From Planctomycetota bacterium (GTDB taxonomy: Bacteria > Planctomycetota > Planctomycetia > Pirellulales > UBA1268): a DNA stretch of 13,592 nucleotides. The stretch is from assembly GCA_046047895.1 (NCBI GenBank), contig JBJOHE010000518.1, positions 1-13,592 on the forward strand, given 5' to 3'. Shown here in pieces: positions 13,278 to 13,592 of the stretch. The notes beneath the pieces are model-generated. The model was not told the DNA's origin. It did not search any database and saw nothing but the letters and a program-made list of their open reading frames with translations. Position 1 is the first letter of the stretch. Every line of letters starts with the position of its first letter. Made by a program: the position numbers and the translations under genes.

Positions 13278-13592
13278 TCACCCCAGCGATTCACCGATCG
13301 CGAGCAACTCCTCGGCATCGAGACAGGCCTGCTGGTCGGTGAAGATCCGTTCAATGCCAGCCCGGTGGATCTTCATCTTCAAGCCGCCCACCCCGAGGGC
13401 CCCGTAAACCACCGCCTGGCCCTCGGGCCGGGCCTTGTCGGTGGCAGCGATGCCGGCGATCCCTGCCGGAGGCACCGCGTTGAGATCGATGAACACGCGG
13501 GCCTTGGCCGCCGCCTCGCGGCCGGCCGCGTCAAGGAGCGTGATGCCCGCAGCGCCGGCCGCGACGACCACGTCGGCCGCCGCGAGGGCCTC
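13278..13592 (-). CDS. mtdC: NAD(P)-dependent methylene-tetrahydromethanopterin dehydrogenase, MtdA/MtdB/MtdC family (C-terminal ~104 aa; 5' part lies outside the window)
   Basis: The frame is open to the window edge. LNAVPPAGIAGIAATDKARPEGQAVVYGALGVGGLKMKIHRAGIERIFTDQQACLDAEELLAIGESLG parallels the remembered C-terminus of M. extorquens MtdA (YNAQPPLGIGGIDATDKG...AFGALGIGGLKLKLHRACIAKLFESSEGVFDAEEIYKLAKEMA). The MtdC subclass is only inferred, from the planctomycete-like context. Confidence 0.8.
   Translation of the reverse strand, partial: EALAAADVVVAAGAAGITLLDAAGREAAAKARVFIDLNAVPPAGIAGIAATDKARPEGQAVVYGALGVGGLKMKIHRAGIERIFTDQQACLDAEELLAIGESLG

Noticed and set aside
1-13592. Mobile elements, CRISPR arrays, defence islands, prophage or integron signatures
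   Set aside because: I saw no transposase, integrase or recombinase-like ORF, no terminal inverted repeats and no spaced direct-repeat array. The only compositional dip is the 8067-8465 gap. The window reads as core chromosome.

Overview
Very GC-rich bacterial chromosomal window (about 73% G+C in a hand-counted coding line) holding 16 recognisable genes. I saw no transposase, integrase, CRISPR array, tRNA or rRNA. Left to right: fabI (+). Then ppk1 followed by a translationally coupled cbpA-like J-protein -> rnpA -> yidD string (-), whose last gene abuts fabI stop-to-stop. Divergent from ppk1 lie a CitG-like gene (the 'orf7' type found with tetrahydromethanopterin, H4MPT, genes) and a PTPS/QueD-fold gene (+). 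Next come a DtxR/MntR-family metalloregulator (-) divergent from mch (methenyl-H4MPT cyclohydrolase, +), a ~400 bp lower-GC hairpin-rich gap, and an orphan protein with a C-terminal ribbon-helix-helix (+). A type-A RNase P RNA (rnpB, -) follows and explains three spurious ORFs. Then an FHA-domain protein, rsgA, hflX and an SDR oxidoreductase sit in one tight + strand array. The window ends with the 3' part of an MtdA/B/C-type methylene-H4MPT dehydrogenase (-) running off the edge. The H4MPT genes, the GC content and the basic N-extension on RsgA suggest a planctomycete-like organism (inference). I do not see a convincing wholly new system; this is mostly housekeeping. The most checkable oddities are: (1) a scattered H4MPT C1 gene set with a metalloregulator inserted next to mch and a 3x GGCATC repeat at 13-bp phase over the putative mch promoter and start; (2) rnpA coupled to a J-protein instead of rpmH; (3) rnpB overlapping a convergent CDS; (4) the structured non-coding gap at 8067-8465.
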